Under the pieces are notes generated by a model, which saw nothing but the letters and a program-made list of their open reading frames with translations, ran no database searches and was not told the origin of the DNA. 64,000 bases of DNA. Source: a virus. Positions 26,313-35,494 of this stretch are shown piece after piece; within the stretch, counting starts at the first letter, position 1; each line of letters begins with the position of its first letter. Position numbers and translations under genes: made by a program. The stretch lies in the IMG/VR virus record IMGVR_UViG_3300032242_001694. One strand, 5' to 3'.

Positions 26313-29300
26313 CTATATTAAATTGAATCCTGCTGCTGTAGCATAAACTTGTCCTGCTGTTATAGTAGTTCCCCAGTAAGTATTGGCAGCGGTACCCGAT
26401 GTGAATAATATCTGACCAGCTGAACCTGCGCTTCCATTTGCGATGATAACTCCATTAACTGCAAGATTCGCGGTAACTGTCAACTGCGAAGAATTAGCAA
26501 TGATGTTAGTTCCAACGTTTGCCGACGTAGTAACGTATAATGTAGCAGTATTAGTTTGATTAACGATATTTATAGCAATCGCATTAACTAAACTAGAATT
26601 TGCAGTAAAAGCAGTCCCAACGTTTGCCGACGTAGTAACGTATAGAGTTGTTGTATTAGTCTGACCTGTTATATTTATGGCCGCAGTATTAACTAGCGTT
26701 GCGTTAGCCGTAAACGTAGTGCCGACTGTGTGAGATGCTGCGTTGACTATACCTGTGTAAACTCCAGTTGTATTTGCAATCGTAACAGCATTAACATTTA
26801 GACCAATAGTATTTAAGTACGCATTAACTGTGTTGTTACCAACAAACAGAGTGGTAACGTTTGCGATAAGTCCTCCGGTTCCAGTACCTGTAGTTCCAGT
26901 GGTGTAAGAAACTGCATTTATCGAACCGCTGAATAGAGCGCCAGTAAGTAGTGCATAGTTGGCAAGATTTGTTGAGAGCTGGTTAGTGTTTACATATGAC
27001 TTACCATCAACATACGACGTAGCATTGCTGTAAGCGGTGGCTGCATTACTCGTTATCGCAGTGTTGACTGTACCAATTCTAGTGTCGGTGTATGTTGTAG
27101 CATTACTGTAAGCAGTAGCAGCATTGCTGGTTATTGCCGTGTTGACTGTACCAATTCTGGTGTCTGTATAAGTTGTAGCATTGCTATAAGCTGTTGCAGC
27201 ATTACTCGTTATCGCAGTGTTGACTGTACCAATTCTAGTGTCGGTGTATGTTGTAGCATTACTGTAAGCAGTTGCAGCATTGCTCGTGATAGCAGTATTA
27301 ACGGTGATGATTCTAGTGTCAACGTATGTCGTGGCATTACTGTAAGCTGTAGCAGCGTTACTCGTGATAGCGCTGTTAACTGTAGCAATTCTGGTATCAA
27401 CATAGGTAACAGCATTAGAATAAGCTGTCGCTGCATTGCTCGTGATAGCAGTATTAACTGTAGCGATCTTTGTATCAACGTATGAAGTAGCGTTACTGTA
27501 CGCAGTAGCCACATTTGCAGTCATTAGAGCAGTGTTGCTGTATAGAGAGAGGTTGCTTGATAGCTGGGCGTTTGAGACAACGTTTGCAGCTGAGACGCTT
27601 CCAACAAAGCTTGTATTGTTAGACGTTGCGTTGAAAAACGTAGAGTTTATAGTTGAGTATACAGTAGTGTTGCCAACATAGATTGTGTTTGCTTGGAAAT
27701 TAGCAATATGAAATGTTGTGTTTGTCTTGTCAATGTAAGGAGATGCATCCGGCTCTGGAAGATAGTTGTCAAAGACTTTAAAAGTACCATCGCTTGCATC
27801 TCTAAAGAAACCGGCGTGGTGGTAAGTACCGTCGTTATAGTTACCTGCAAAACCAAGATCTGGATTTGCCACGTCACTGTTGCTGTTAAGATAGATCATG
27901 TTATCTTTAACAGACAAGCTTTGAACGTTAAGAGTAACAAGGTTACCGCTAACTGTTAAGTTTCCTTGAATCGTTACATTACCGCTTACTGTTAAGTTAC
28001 GGCCGACTAACAAATCATTTATAGTATTTGCATTATTTGCTGAAACATTGCCGGTGAAAGAATTAATTCCGTTTGAAAGCAAAGCATAATTGGCAAGATT
28101 AGACGATAGCTGACTCGTATTAACAAATGATCTGCCATCAACGTATGAAGTTGCGTTAGAATAAGCAGTTGCTGCATTTCCCGTGATAGCCGTATTTACA
28201 GTGCTAATGCGCGTGTCGGTGTAACTAGCAGCGTTAGAATAAGCAGTTGCGGCGTTGCTCGTGATAGCGCTGTTAGCTGTAGCAATTCTAGTATCTGTGT
28301 ATGAAGTGGCATTGCTATAAGCAGTGGCTGCATTACTTGTTATAGCCGTGTTAACGGTGATGATTCTAGTATCAACGTATGTTGTAGCATTGCTATAAGC
28401 AGTAGCAGCATTAGAAGTTATAGCTGTATTAACAGTACCAATCTTTGTATCAGTGTAAGTTACAGAGTTACTGTATGCGGTAGCTGCATTAGAAGTTATA
28501 GCGGTATTAACGGTAATAATTCTAGTATCAACGTATGTTGTGGCATTACTGTATGCGGTAGCAGCGTTAGAAGTTATAGCCGTGTTAACAGTACCAATTC
28601 TAGTGTCAGTATATGTTGTAGCATTACTGTATGAAGTTGCAGCTTTGGTATCTGCGTATGAAGTAGCGTTGGAATAAGCAGTCGCCGCATTACTTGTTAT
28701 TGCGGTGTTAACTGTACCAATTTTTGTATCAACGTATGAAGTTGCATTACTATATGCCGTAGCAGCGTTGCTTGTTATAGCTGTATTGACCGTACCAATC
28801 TTAGTGTCTGTGTAAGAAGTAGCGTTGCTGTAAGCAGTAGCTGCAGCAGTATTTGCAAATAATGTAGCATTAGAATATGCATTGGCTGCTTTTATATCAG
28901 CGTAAGAAGTAGCGTTACTATATGCCGTAGCAGCATTACTTGTTATAGCAGTGTTAACAGTTCCGATCTTTGTGTCAACATATGAAACTGCGTTGCTGTA
29001 AGCAGTCGCTGCATTAGATGTTATAGCAGTGTTGACTGTACCAATCTTGGTATCAACATATGAAACTGCGTTGCTGTAAGCAGTCGCTGCATTAGATGTT
29101 ATAGCAGTGTTAACAGTTCCGATCTTTGTATCAGTGTAAGAAGTAGCATTTGAATATGCGGTAGCGGCATTAGATGTTATAGCAGTGTTGACTGTACCAA
29201 TCTTGGTATCAACATAAGAAGTAGCATTTGAGTAAGCATTAGAAGCTTTATCGTCAGCATATGTTTTTAAAGCATAGCTAGAAGCAGCAGTTCCTCCTAG

Positions 29301-31328
29301 ATTTGTAGAATCATTAGCAGTGAGCGTTGCAACATTAGATGACAAGCCAGCTGTAGTCTGGTAATTAGACAAGTTACCAGACAACTGGGCATTAGAGACT
29401 ACATTAGCAGCGGAAACACTTCCAACGAAAGAAGTGTTATTAGCAGTCAGTGTAGCTACATTGCTAGACAGTCCGGCTGTAGTTTGGTAGCTTGACAAGT
29501 TACCTGTTAGCTGAGCATTAGAAACAACATTAGTAGCTGAAACACTTCCAACAAAAGAAGTGTTGTTAGCAGTGAGCGTTGCAACATTGCTTGATAGTCC
29601 AGCCGTGGTTTGGTAGTTACTAAGGTTACCAGATAACTGGGCATTAGATACTACATTAGCAGCGGACACCGATCCAACAAAGCTTGTATTATTGGAAGTT
29701 AAAGTAGCTACATTAGAAGATAATCCAGCAGTAGTCTGGTAGTTACTAAGGTTGCTAGACAGCTGAGCATTTGACACAACATTAGCTGCAGAAACTGAAC
29801 CAACAAAAGAAGTGTTGTTAGCAGTGAGCGTTGCAACATTAGATAACAAGCCAGCTGTAGTCTGGTAATTAGACAAGTTACCAGACAGCTGTGCATTAGA
29901 CACAACGTTAGACGCATCAATCGATCCAACAAATGAAGTATTGTTGGATGTTGCATTGAAAAAAGTGGTGTTTATAGTCGAGTAAACTGTAGTATTGCCA
30001 ATATAGATCGTGTTGGCTTGGAAATTAGCGATATGGAATGTAGTGTTTGTCTGATCAATATACTGAGACGCATCAGGCTCTGGCAGATAGTTGTCGAAAA
30101 CTTTCCAAGTTCCAGAAGCGTGATCTCTAAAGAACCCAGCATGGTGGTAAGTGCCATCATTATAGTTAGCTGCAAAACCAAGATCGGGATTTGAAAATGT
30201 AGAATTAGAATTCAGATAAATCATGTTATCTGAGATTGATAGATTATTTGCCCCAATAACTTCTACGTTGCCGGTGATAATAAGGCTCTTCACTGAAACG
30301 TTGCCGGTGAACGTGGCAGTTGTTGCTGTTACAGACGTTGCATTTACTGTTCCGCTGTAGTTTGGAAGATAAGATGCGATGTTTGCATTTAATCCAGCAG
30401 TAGTCTGGTAATTAGATAAGTTAGAAGAAAGCTGACTTGTGTTTACGTATGACTTGCCATCGACGTATGAAGTTGCATTGCTGTAGGCCGTGGCGGCATT
30501 TGAAGTTATAGCGGTGTTAACGGTAACTATTCTACCGTCGGTGTAGGCAGCTGCATTGCTATAAGCGGTAGCAGCGTTAGAAGTTATAGCCGTGTTGACT
30601 GTACCAATTCTAGTATCGGTGTATGCAGTAGCGTTGCTGTAAGCAGTAGCTGCATTAGATGTTATAGCGCCATTGACTGTGCTGATCTTAATATCAACGT
30701 ATGAAGTTGCATTGCTATACGCGGTTGCAGCATTACTGGTTATAGCAGTGTTGACTGTACCAATTCTAGTATCTGTATAAGCAGTAGCGTTGGAATATGC
30801 CGTAGCAACATTTCCAGTCATCAATGTCGTATTGCTGTACAGAGAAAGATTACTAGAGAGCTGAGCATTAGAAACGACATTAGCAGCCGAAACGCTCCCG
30901 ACAAACAGGGCGTTATTGGCTCTTCCGGTGTATGCCGTTGAGTTGATTGTAGCGTTGACGGTGCTATTGCCGTATGTTACCGTGTTGGTAAACGTATGGG
31001 TATTTGTCCAAGTGTATCTCGCAGCCGAGTTAACGCTGCCGCCACCGCCGCCACTTACCGCAAGCCAAGAACCATTTGCGTTTAAGAAATAACTGTCAGC
31101 TGCCTGTTGGTCTGCGGTTGGAGCTGCAAATGAATATGTTACCGTAGAATTTGCAAGAGACAGTGAAGTTGAATTAATCGTCGCATTGACGGTTGAGTTG
31201 CCAGTAAATATCGTATTGCTTAAGCCAATCGTAGGAGTATTAGATGTGGTTACAGTTTCTCCGGCATCAGTGTTTCCACTTGCCTGCAAAACCATATTAT
31301 TGTCGTCTAAGAAAAGAATACCCTGCAT
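26313..31328 (-). CDS. Long repetitive tail fibre/appendage (1671 aa)
   Basis: More than 20 copies of a 26-aa repeat (TKIGTVNTAITSNAATAYSNATSYVD), tandem 42-aa repeats, two copies of a DNMIYLNSNS..GFAxNYNDGTYHHAGFFRD domain. Confidence 0.75.
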   Translation of the reverse strand: MQGILFLDDNNMVLQASGNTDAGETVTTSNTPTIGLSNTIFTGNSTVNATINSTSLSLANSTVTYSFAAPTADQQAADSYFLNANGSWLAVSGGGGGSVNSAARYTWTNTHTFTNTVTYGNSTVNATINSTAYTGRANNALFVGSVSAANVVSNAQLSSNLSLYSNTTLMTGNVATAYSNATAYTDTRIGTVNTAITSNAATAYSNATSYVDIKISTVNGAITSNAATAYSNATAYTDTRIGTVNTAITSNAATAYSNAAAYTDGRIVTVNTAITSNAATAYSNATSYVDGKSYVNTSQLSSNLSNYQTTAGLNANIASYLPNYSGTVNATSVTATTATFTGNVSVKSLIITGNVEVIGANNLSISDNMIYLNSNSTFSNPDLGFAANYNDGTYHHAGFFRDHASGTWKVFDNYLPEPDASQYIDQTNTTFHIANFQANTIYIGNTTVYSTINTTFFNATSNNTSFVGSIDASNVVSNAQLSGNLSNYQTTAGLLSNVATLTANNTSFVGSVSAANVVSNAQLSSNLSNYQTTAGLSSNVATLTSNNTSFVGSVSAANVVSNAQLSGNLSNYQTTAGLSSNVATLTANNTSFVGSVSATNVVSNAQLTGNLSSYQTTAGLSSNVATLTANNTSFVGSVSAANVVSNAQLSGNLSNYQTTAGLSSNVATLTANDSTNLGGTAASSYALKTYADDKASNAYSNATSYVDTKIGTVNTAITSNAATAYSNATSYTDTKIGTVNTAITSNAATAYSNAVSYVDTKIGTVNTAITSNAATAYSNAVSYVDTKIGTVNTAITSNAATAYSNATSYADIKAANAYSNATLFANTAAATAYSNATSYTDTKIGTVNTAITSNAATAYSNATSYVDTKIGTVNTAITSNAATAYSNATSYADTKAATSYSNATTYTDTRIGTVNTAITSNAATAYSNATTYVDTRIITVNTAITSNAATAYSNSVTYTDTKIGTVNTAITSNAATAYSNATTYVDTRIITVNTAITSNAATAYSNATSYTDTRIATANSAITSNAATAYSNAASYTDTRISTVNTAITGNAATAYSNATSYVDGRSFVNTSQLSSNLANYALLSNGINSFTGNVSANNANTINDLLVGRNLTVSGNVTIQGNLTVSGNLVTLNVQSLSVKDNMIYLNSNSDVANPDLGFAGNYNDGTYHHAGFFRDASDGTFKVFDNYLPEPDASPYIDKTNTTFHIANFQANTIYVGNTTVYSTINSTFFNATSNNTSFVGSVSAANVVSNAQLSSNLSLYSNTALMTANVATAYSNATSYVDTKIATVNTAITSNAATAYSNAVTYVDTRIATVNSAITSNAATAYSNATTYVDTRIITVNTAITSNAATAYSNATTYTDTRIGTVNTAITSNAATAYSNATTYTDTRIGTVNTAITSNAATAYSNATTYTDTRIGTVNTAITSNAATAYSNATSYVDGKSYVNTNQLSTNLANYALLTGALFSGSINAVSYTTGTTGTGTGGLIANVTTLFVGNNTVNAYLNTIGLNVNAVTIANTTGVYTGIVNAASHTVGTTFTANATLVNTAAINITGQTNTTTLYVTTSANVGTAFTANSSLVNAIAINIVNQTNTATLYVTTSANVGTNIIANSSQLTVTANLAVNGVIIANGSAGSAGQILFTSGTAANTYWGTTITAGQVYATAAGFNLI
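26990..30820. repeat. Intragenic tandem repeats: 78-bp units (three blocks) and 126-bp units (about 29310-29940)
   Basis: Near-exact 78-nt duplications around 28970-29220; AGTGAGCGTTGCAACATT recurs at 29571 and 29823 (2 x 126 nt). Confidence 0.85.
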
Positions 31329-31346
31329 CTAAAATCCTAAAAAAAT

Positions 31347-31423
31347 TGGCGACCCCTGCACGACTCGAACGTGCGGCCTACAGATTAGAAGTCTGTTGCT
31401 CTATCCAGCTGAGCTAAGGGGCC
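31347..31423 (-). tRNA. tRNA-Arg(TCT)
   Basis: GGCCCCTTAGCTCAGCTGGATAGAGCAACAGACT-TCT-AATCTGTAGGCCGCACGTTCGAGTCGTGCAGGGGTCGCCA, complete cloverleaf with CCA. Confidence 0.96.
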
Positions 31424-31483
31424 TATTCTTTGGATCAATCCGTAATATATATCAGCTTCAAAATGTCATATTAAAAAGAACTT

Positions 31484-31521
31484 GTGGGGAGATTCTGTTT
31501 CTAAGCTCTCCCCGAGCTCAT
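31484..31521 (-). repeat. Duplicate of the tmRNA 3' pseudoknot (37/38 nt identical to 31762-31799)
   Basis: ATGAGCTCGGGGAGAGCTT(A/G)GAAACAGAATCTCCCCAC. Confidence 0.9.
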
Positions 31522-31526
31522 ATTAC

Positions 31527-31727
31527 TTATTTCTTTTCGGCAAATGCCTTGATGGCTTCAGCCAAAGCAAAGATCTCTTCTTCATCTGGATATGCGGGAT
31601 ACACTCCAGCGAACCCATCTTCTTTTCTAATTACTGCTTCATTGAATTTAGCGTGGTAGCCATTCTGCAGTTGCTCGCGCGCAGCCATGTAATATTGAAA
31701 GCGCATTTCGTAAGGTGTAGCTGTCAT
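31527..31727 (-). CDS. Small phage protein (66 aa) downstream of the tmRNA
   Basis: MTATPYEMRFQYYMAAREQL..YPDEEEIFALAEAIKAFAEKK; AAGGA SD after an AC-rich leader. Confidence 0.75.
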   Translation of the reverse strand: MTATPYEMRFQYYMAAREQLQNGYHAKFNEAVIRKEDGFAGVYPAYPDEEEIFALAEAIKAFAEKK

Positions 31728-31759
31728 AGTTAGTTCCTTTCTGTGTGTGTTGTGTGTAG

Positions 31760-32056
31760 TAGTGGGGAGATTCTGTTTCCAAGCTCTCCCCGAGCTCATT
31801 CTTAGGCAGCTAGTGCATAAGAGATAGGTGCATTATCGTTTGCATCTGTAACGTTTGCCATGATCTCAGTAGTACCTTTATCACACCTGTCGATCCTATT
31901 TCGCCCCCATCAAAGATACACGCGTTTGGATTCGAACCATGTTCTAGTCTTCTCGATCTGCGCTTCCCACAGTGCTGACCCGTGTATCCGTGGTGGAGGC
32001 GGCGGGTACTGCCCCCGCGTCCAGTGTGCCTATGCCGTATACGTCAACGACCATTG
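31760..32056 (-). ncRNA. ssrA: Two-piece (circularly permuted) tmRNA, alphaproteobacterial type
   Basis: Acceptor piece ends GCGGG-GGCAGTA-CCCGC CGCCTCC ACCA at 31991; coding piece starts GGGGGCGAAATAGGATCGAC at 31908 (G3:U70 Ala pair); tag ANDNAPISYALAA* at 31843-31802; terminal pseudoknot. Confidence 0.93.
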
Positions 32057-32062
32057 CAATTC

Positions 32063-32093
32063 TATTTATATCATGTCTTAAGCATTTTGTCAA
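32063..32093 (-). promoter_or_regulatory. Composite early/late promoter of the tmRNA
   Basis: TTGACA-17-TATAAA, with the -10 extending to the late consensus TATAAATA. Confidence 0.75.
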
Positions 32094-33203
32094 CTATAAA
32101 ACTCGCAGCAGGATAGTGTTCTCGTTGAGTCGAGCCGTAAAGCCATTCTCTTTTAAAGTAGCAATCACCTTCTTTAGGTTCATCTTGCCCGCTTTTGCCA
32201 CTTCGTCAACAATTTTTGCAGTCTGTCGCCCTGTTTTATAGGATTTTGACTGATTTTCATCAAATTTGTCGATAGAAGTGCCCTTAACTGACAATCCGCC
32301 GCGGTCTAGGGCCACAAAGTGTGTCAAAAACCCATATTTTGTGTTAAAAGTCCACAATTCTTGGGCTCCGATGACTTTTGAAGGCGGAATTGAGGCCAAC
32401 TTGTAGTCTTTAGCCTCTTTTTGGAACTTGAAGCCCTTGAGAAGCTTGTCAACCGACACGGTCTTGGGCTTACGGACTGCCCGAGTCTTCTTGGCTACCC
32501 CTGCGTAGCGCTCACAGTCGTCGATAAGTCGGGCAATATACTCCATCCGAGCCTTGAGCTGACGAGCCGTGTAGTTCTTATAGCCCTCGAGCACGGCTTT
32601 GTCGCCATAGACACCCAGGGCTAGCTCTTCGAGGTATGGCTTGTAGTACGCAGCGACTTTTAACGCATGGGCCGGAGGCATCTCGATCTTTTGGAGGTAG
32701 GAGTACATGTTGACCTCCTCTTCTCCATCGATCATGGCCTCAACGTCGCCGATGATGTCGCTGACTTTGTCCTTGACGCGGTCTTGAATAGAAGGTTTCT
32801 CAGCCTTCTTGAGCTCTTCCTTGATCGGAGTGATGTGGACCAAGGCGTTGGTCAAGGCCCGCTCGACGTGGTCTTTCCAGACAGGGGCAGATGGGTGCTC
32901 GGGATCAAGCATCGACAGTCGCGCTGCCCAGCCGGCGTACATAGGCCACCACACGTCGGGAATGCGGTTGAGCTTCTTAGCCACTTCTTTGCGGCCGGTA
33001 GCCTCGAGATACGCCTTGACATAGTCCTTGGAGTCGTTGCGATCGCACATGGCGCTGTACCAAGTGAGAGCCTTCATCTCACTGGCGCGAATCTCCTTCT
33101 GCGTCGGCTCATCACCCATGTACTTGTAGTTGATGATGTATGTCTCAGAGCGAGACTTCTGTGCCTTCTTTTTTGTCTTTAATTGTAGGAGACTCTTTGC
33201 CAT
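32094..33203 (-). CDS. Conserved T4-like hypothetical protein (369 aa)
   Basis: LASIPPSKVIGAQELWTFNTKY, GLSVKGTSI, RLNENTILLR motifs recurrent in T4-like phages; function unknown. Confidence 0.7.
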   Translation of the reverse strand: MAKSLLQLKTKKKAQKSRSETYIINYKYMGDEPTQKEIRASEMKALTWYSAMCDRNDSKDYVKAYLEATGRKEVAKKLNRIPDVWWPMYAGWAARLSMLDPEHPSAPVWKDHVERALTNALVHITPIKEELKKAEKPSIQDRVKDKVSDIIGDVEAMIDGEEEVNMYSYLQKIEMPPAHALKVAAYYKPYLEELALGVYGDKAVLEGYKNYTARQLKARMEYIARLIDDCERYAGVAKKTRAVRKPKTVSVDKLLKGFKFQKEAKDYKLASIPPSKVIGAQELWTFNTKYGFLTHFVALDRGGLSVKGTSIDKFDENQSKSYKTGRQTAKIVDEVAKAGKMNLKKVIATLKENGFTARLNENTILLRVL

Positions 33204-33350
33204 TATACGTATCCTTGATAAATGGATTCTTAAACTTCTCTGTGCCGATAAGCAGGATCATGCATACCGGCCAGAGGGTCATCATTGCCGCAAATACACC
33301 GGTCCAGAAGATACTATCCGCTGCACCGGTGCATGCCTGTCCTAGAGGGC

Positions 33351-34310
33351 TCAAGCTGCCTCAGCCATCTCGATAGCTGTCTCGAGAGCCTTGGACTTGA
33401 GGTTACGGTTGCCGCCGTACCAAGAAGAAGTCAGGCGGTTGTCGGCGTTGCGCCCCATGACGTGGTCTGTCATGTAGGTCACTGCGTTGAAAGCCTGCCA
33501 CCAAGAGCCTGGAGCGAACTCAGTGCCGGGTTGGTTCATGAGAACGTCAACCGCGGTCAGTGCGTTGCGAGAGACTTCTTTCTTCTTGTTCTCGTGGCTG
33601 CCAGAGACTGGGAAGATGCGCTTGAAGTAGTCAACCACACTCTCGTCAGTGTAGCGCTTGGAGCCCAAGAAAGCAGCCGCCTCCTTGTACTGAGCCAGGC
33701 GATCGTGAGCCACGCCGAGGACAGACTTGACCTCGTCGCCGTTGAAGGCTTTACGGTGAGAGATCTTCACCATGTTCTGAACTTTCTCGCTCAGCGCAGC
33801 CGTCACCGTGTTGTTGCACACCGCGCGAACTGAGGTGAAGCGTACGTCGGTGGAGAAGCCGTACTTGTGGAAGTTAGTGAAGAGCAGGTAGCCGTCGACG
33901 CGATCACCGCCAAAGAGCTCGAAGGTGTCGTTGACCTTGGCCAAGCCCCAGACGATCTGACCGTCGCGGAGCGAGCCGGCTGTCTCCATGGACATGTCGC
34001 CTGCACCGATGAAGTCGTTAAAGAACTCGAATGCATCGGAGTTCTGGATTGGATTCCAGTCGTCGGAGACCACGTCGAGCATCGAGCTGTCACTTGAGCG
34101 AACCAGCGCAGACCGACCAACCGGTACCTGCACGCCGTTGATCTCAGCAAAAGCCGGAACCTTGCTGACAGACCAGTTGAGACCAGCAGCCTCAAGCATC
34201 TGGTCAGGCGTCAAGTCAGCCGGAACCAGTGTACCCAGACCATGCCACGGCACCTCGCCGGTGTACGCCATCTGAGCCTTACCATTAACCATTTCAATCA
34301 TATGAGCCAT
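33351..34310 (-). CDS. DUF932 / TIGR03299 phage-plasmid family protein
   Basis: MAYTGEVPWHGLG, AGLNWSV, IQNSDAFEFF, METAGSLRDG, VRAVCNNT, WQAFNAVT. Confidence 0.85.
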   Translation of the reverse strand: MAHMIEMVNGKAQMAYTGEVPWHGLGTLVPADLTPDQMLEAAGLNWSVSKVPAFAEINGVQVPVGRSALVRSSDSSMLDVVSDDWNPIQNSDAFEFFNDFIGAGDMSMETAGSLRDGQIVWGLAKVNDTFELFGGDRVDGYLLFTNFHKYGFSTDVRFTSVRAVCNNTVTAALSEKVQNMVKISHRKAFNGDEVKSVLGVAHDRLAQYKEAAAFLGSKRYTDESVVDYFKRIFPVSGSHENKKKEVSRNALTAVDVLMNQPGTEFAPGSWWQAFNAVTYMTDHVMGRNADNRLTSSWYGGNRNLKSKALETAIEMAEAA

Positions 34311-34345
34311 GTTTTTTCCCTTTCATCAACTCAGCTTATATTCTT

Positions 34346-34374
34346 ATAATAACCAATATGGGAATAAATGTCAA
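34346..34374 (-). promoter_or_regulatory. Early sigma70-like promoter
   Basis: TTGACA-17-TATTAT. Confidence 0.75.
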
Positions 34375-34384
34375 CTACTTTTTT

Positions 34385-34753
34385 TCACAGAGACCATCTA
34401 GTCTTTACGGGGCTCTCGTAGCCGACGATGTGATCATCCATCTCGTTGTACTCACGCATCTTGCGGTACAGGTTGATCACGTTAACGAAGTACGCCTTGG
34501 GATTAGACCAGCGGCGATCCATTAGGATGTACTCGTCGCGCTGAGCCTTGTACCGCTCGATCTCACCCGCCACTGCCAGAGAAGCAGCCTTCATGCACTG
34601 CTTGCCAGACCAGTGGGGATTAATAAGGTGGTAGTACGCGGCTATCTCGTCGTGCACCATCATAGCCATCCGAGCGTTATCTGCCGGTGCCTCGTGTACC
34701 TCGAGTACCACGTGTTTCCTTGCTTTCTTTACATCAATTGCCACTGCAGTCAT
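34385..34753 (-). CDS. Hypothetical protein
   Basis: MTAVAIDVKK...; start reset to lie downstream of the promoter at 34775-34802. Confidence 0.55.
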   Translation of the reverse strand: MTAVAIDVKKARKHVVLEVHEAPADNARMAMMVHDEIAAYYHLINPHWSGKQCMKAASLAVAGEIERYKAQRDEYILMDRRWSNPKAYFVNVINLYRKMREYNEMDDHIVGYESPVKTRWSL

Positions 34754-34774
34754 CCTGTTACCGTTGATATATCT

Positions 34775-34802
34775 ATTATACATAGAATCTAGATAATGTC
34801 AA
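34775..34802 (-). promoter_or_regulatory. Early sigma70-like promoter
   Basis: TTGACA-16-TATAAT. Confidence 0.75.
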
Positions 34803-34916
34803 CAACATTGTTTAGTGTAAAAGAAAAAGGACTGCGACCAGCACAACAGCCAGCAACAGTCCTTGAATGATCTCTTTAATGTCCATGATAGCCTCCCTTG
34901 TTTAGGCTATTTAGGA

Positions 34917-35075
34917 CTATGGTAAGATAGTGGCTATGAGCATCCCGGCAGCTGCAAACAGCAGCGACATGGTGAATATCTTCGGACCATCTGGTCCAAA
35001 GAAGTAGTAGAGTCCACCGAAGATCGGTATGATTAGTAGCCCCACCAATCCGCCGACTAATAATCTAGTCTTCAC
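34917..35075 (-). CDS. Small two-helix membrane protein (52 aa)
   Basis: Not in track; GTG overlaps the upstream stop; MKTRLLVGGLVGLLIIPIFGGLYYFFGPDGPKIFTMSLLFAAAGMLIATILP. Confidence 0.5.
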   Translation of the reverse strand: MKTRLLVGGLVGLLIIPIFGGLYYFFGPDGPKIFTMSLLFAAAGMLIATILP

Positions 35076-35494
35076 TGCGTATCCTTCACAATCTGCTTAT
35101 AGCCGGCTCCTGTAGGATGGATGCCGTCTGAACTGAGTCCCTTGATCTCTACCACGGTGTCACCCTTGGTCTTGGCGATCTTTCTAATCATCTCTCGGAT
35201 GGTCTCGATGTCGACGTTGCTGGCCTTGAGGTTACCAGCGGGAAGGATCCAGTACACCTTGGCGTCGTCGTGGATGCGACCTCGAACCTTGAGCAGCTCT
35301 TGGTTGGTCTTGACATACTGGTGGTCGTTGCTGCCTAGAGATATAATAACTTTCTTGGCATTGAGCAGGTCGGTGTTATACATAGTGTTGAACTGCCAAG
35401 TATTGATACCGCCTTTGCCAACCAATACACACTCAGGCCGAGAGTTGTGTGTTCCAACGGCGATGCTGTCGCCGATAATCATGCAATCAATCAT
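35072..35494 (-). CDS. SGNH/GDSL hydrolase
   Basis: IIGDSIAVG, ISLGSND, DGIHPT catalytic blocks. Confidence 0.8.
   Translation of the reverse strand: MIDCMIIGDSIAVGTHNSRPECVLVGKGGINTWQFNTMYNTDLLNAKKVIISLGSNDHQYVKTNQELLKVRGRIHDDAKVYWILPAGNLKASNVDIETIREMIRKIAKTKGDTVVEIKGLSSDGIHPTGAGYKQIVKDTQ

Noticed and set aside
26990-30820. CRISPR-like array
   Set aside because: Repeats are in-frame coding units (78 and 126 nt) varying at synonymous positions, with no unique spacers
31860-32241. + strand ORFs over the tmRNA, and other antisense or nested ORFs in the track (e.g. 32667-33182, 33285-33833, 35121-35591)
   Set aside because: Shadow frames of RNA genes or of well-supported - strand genes; no SD or motif support
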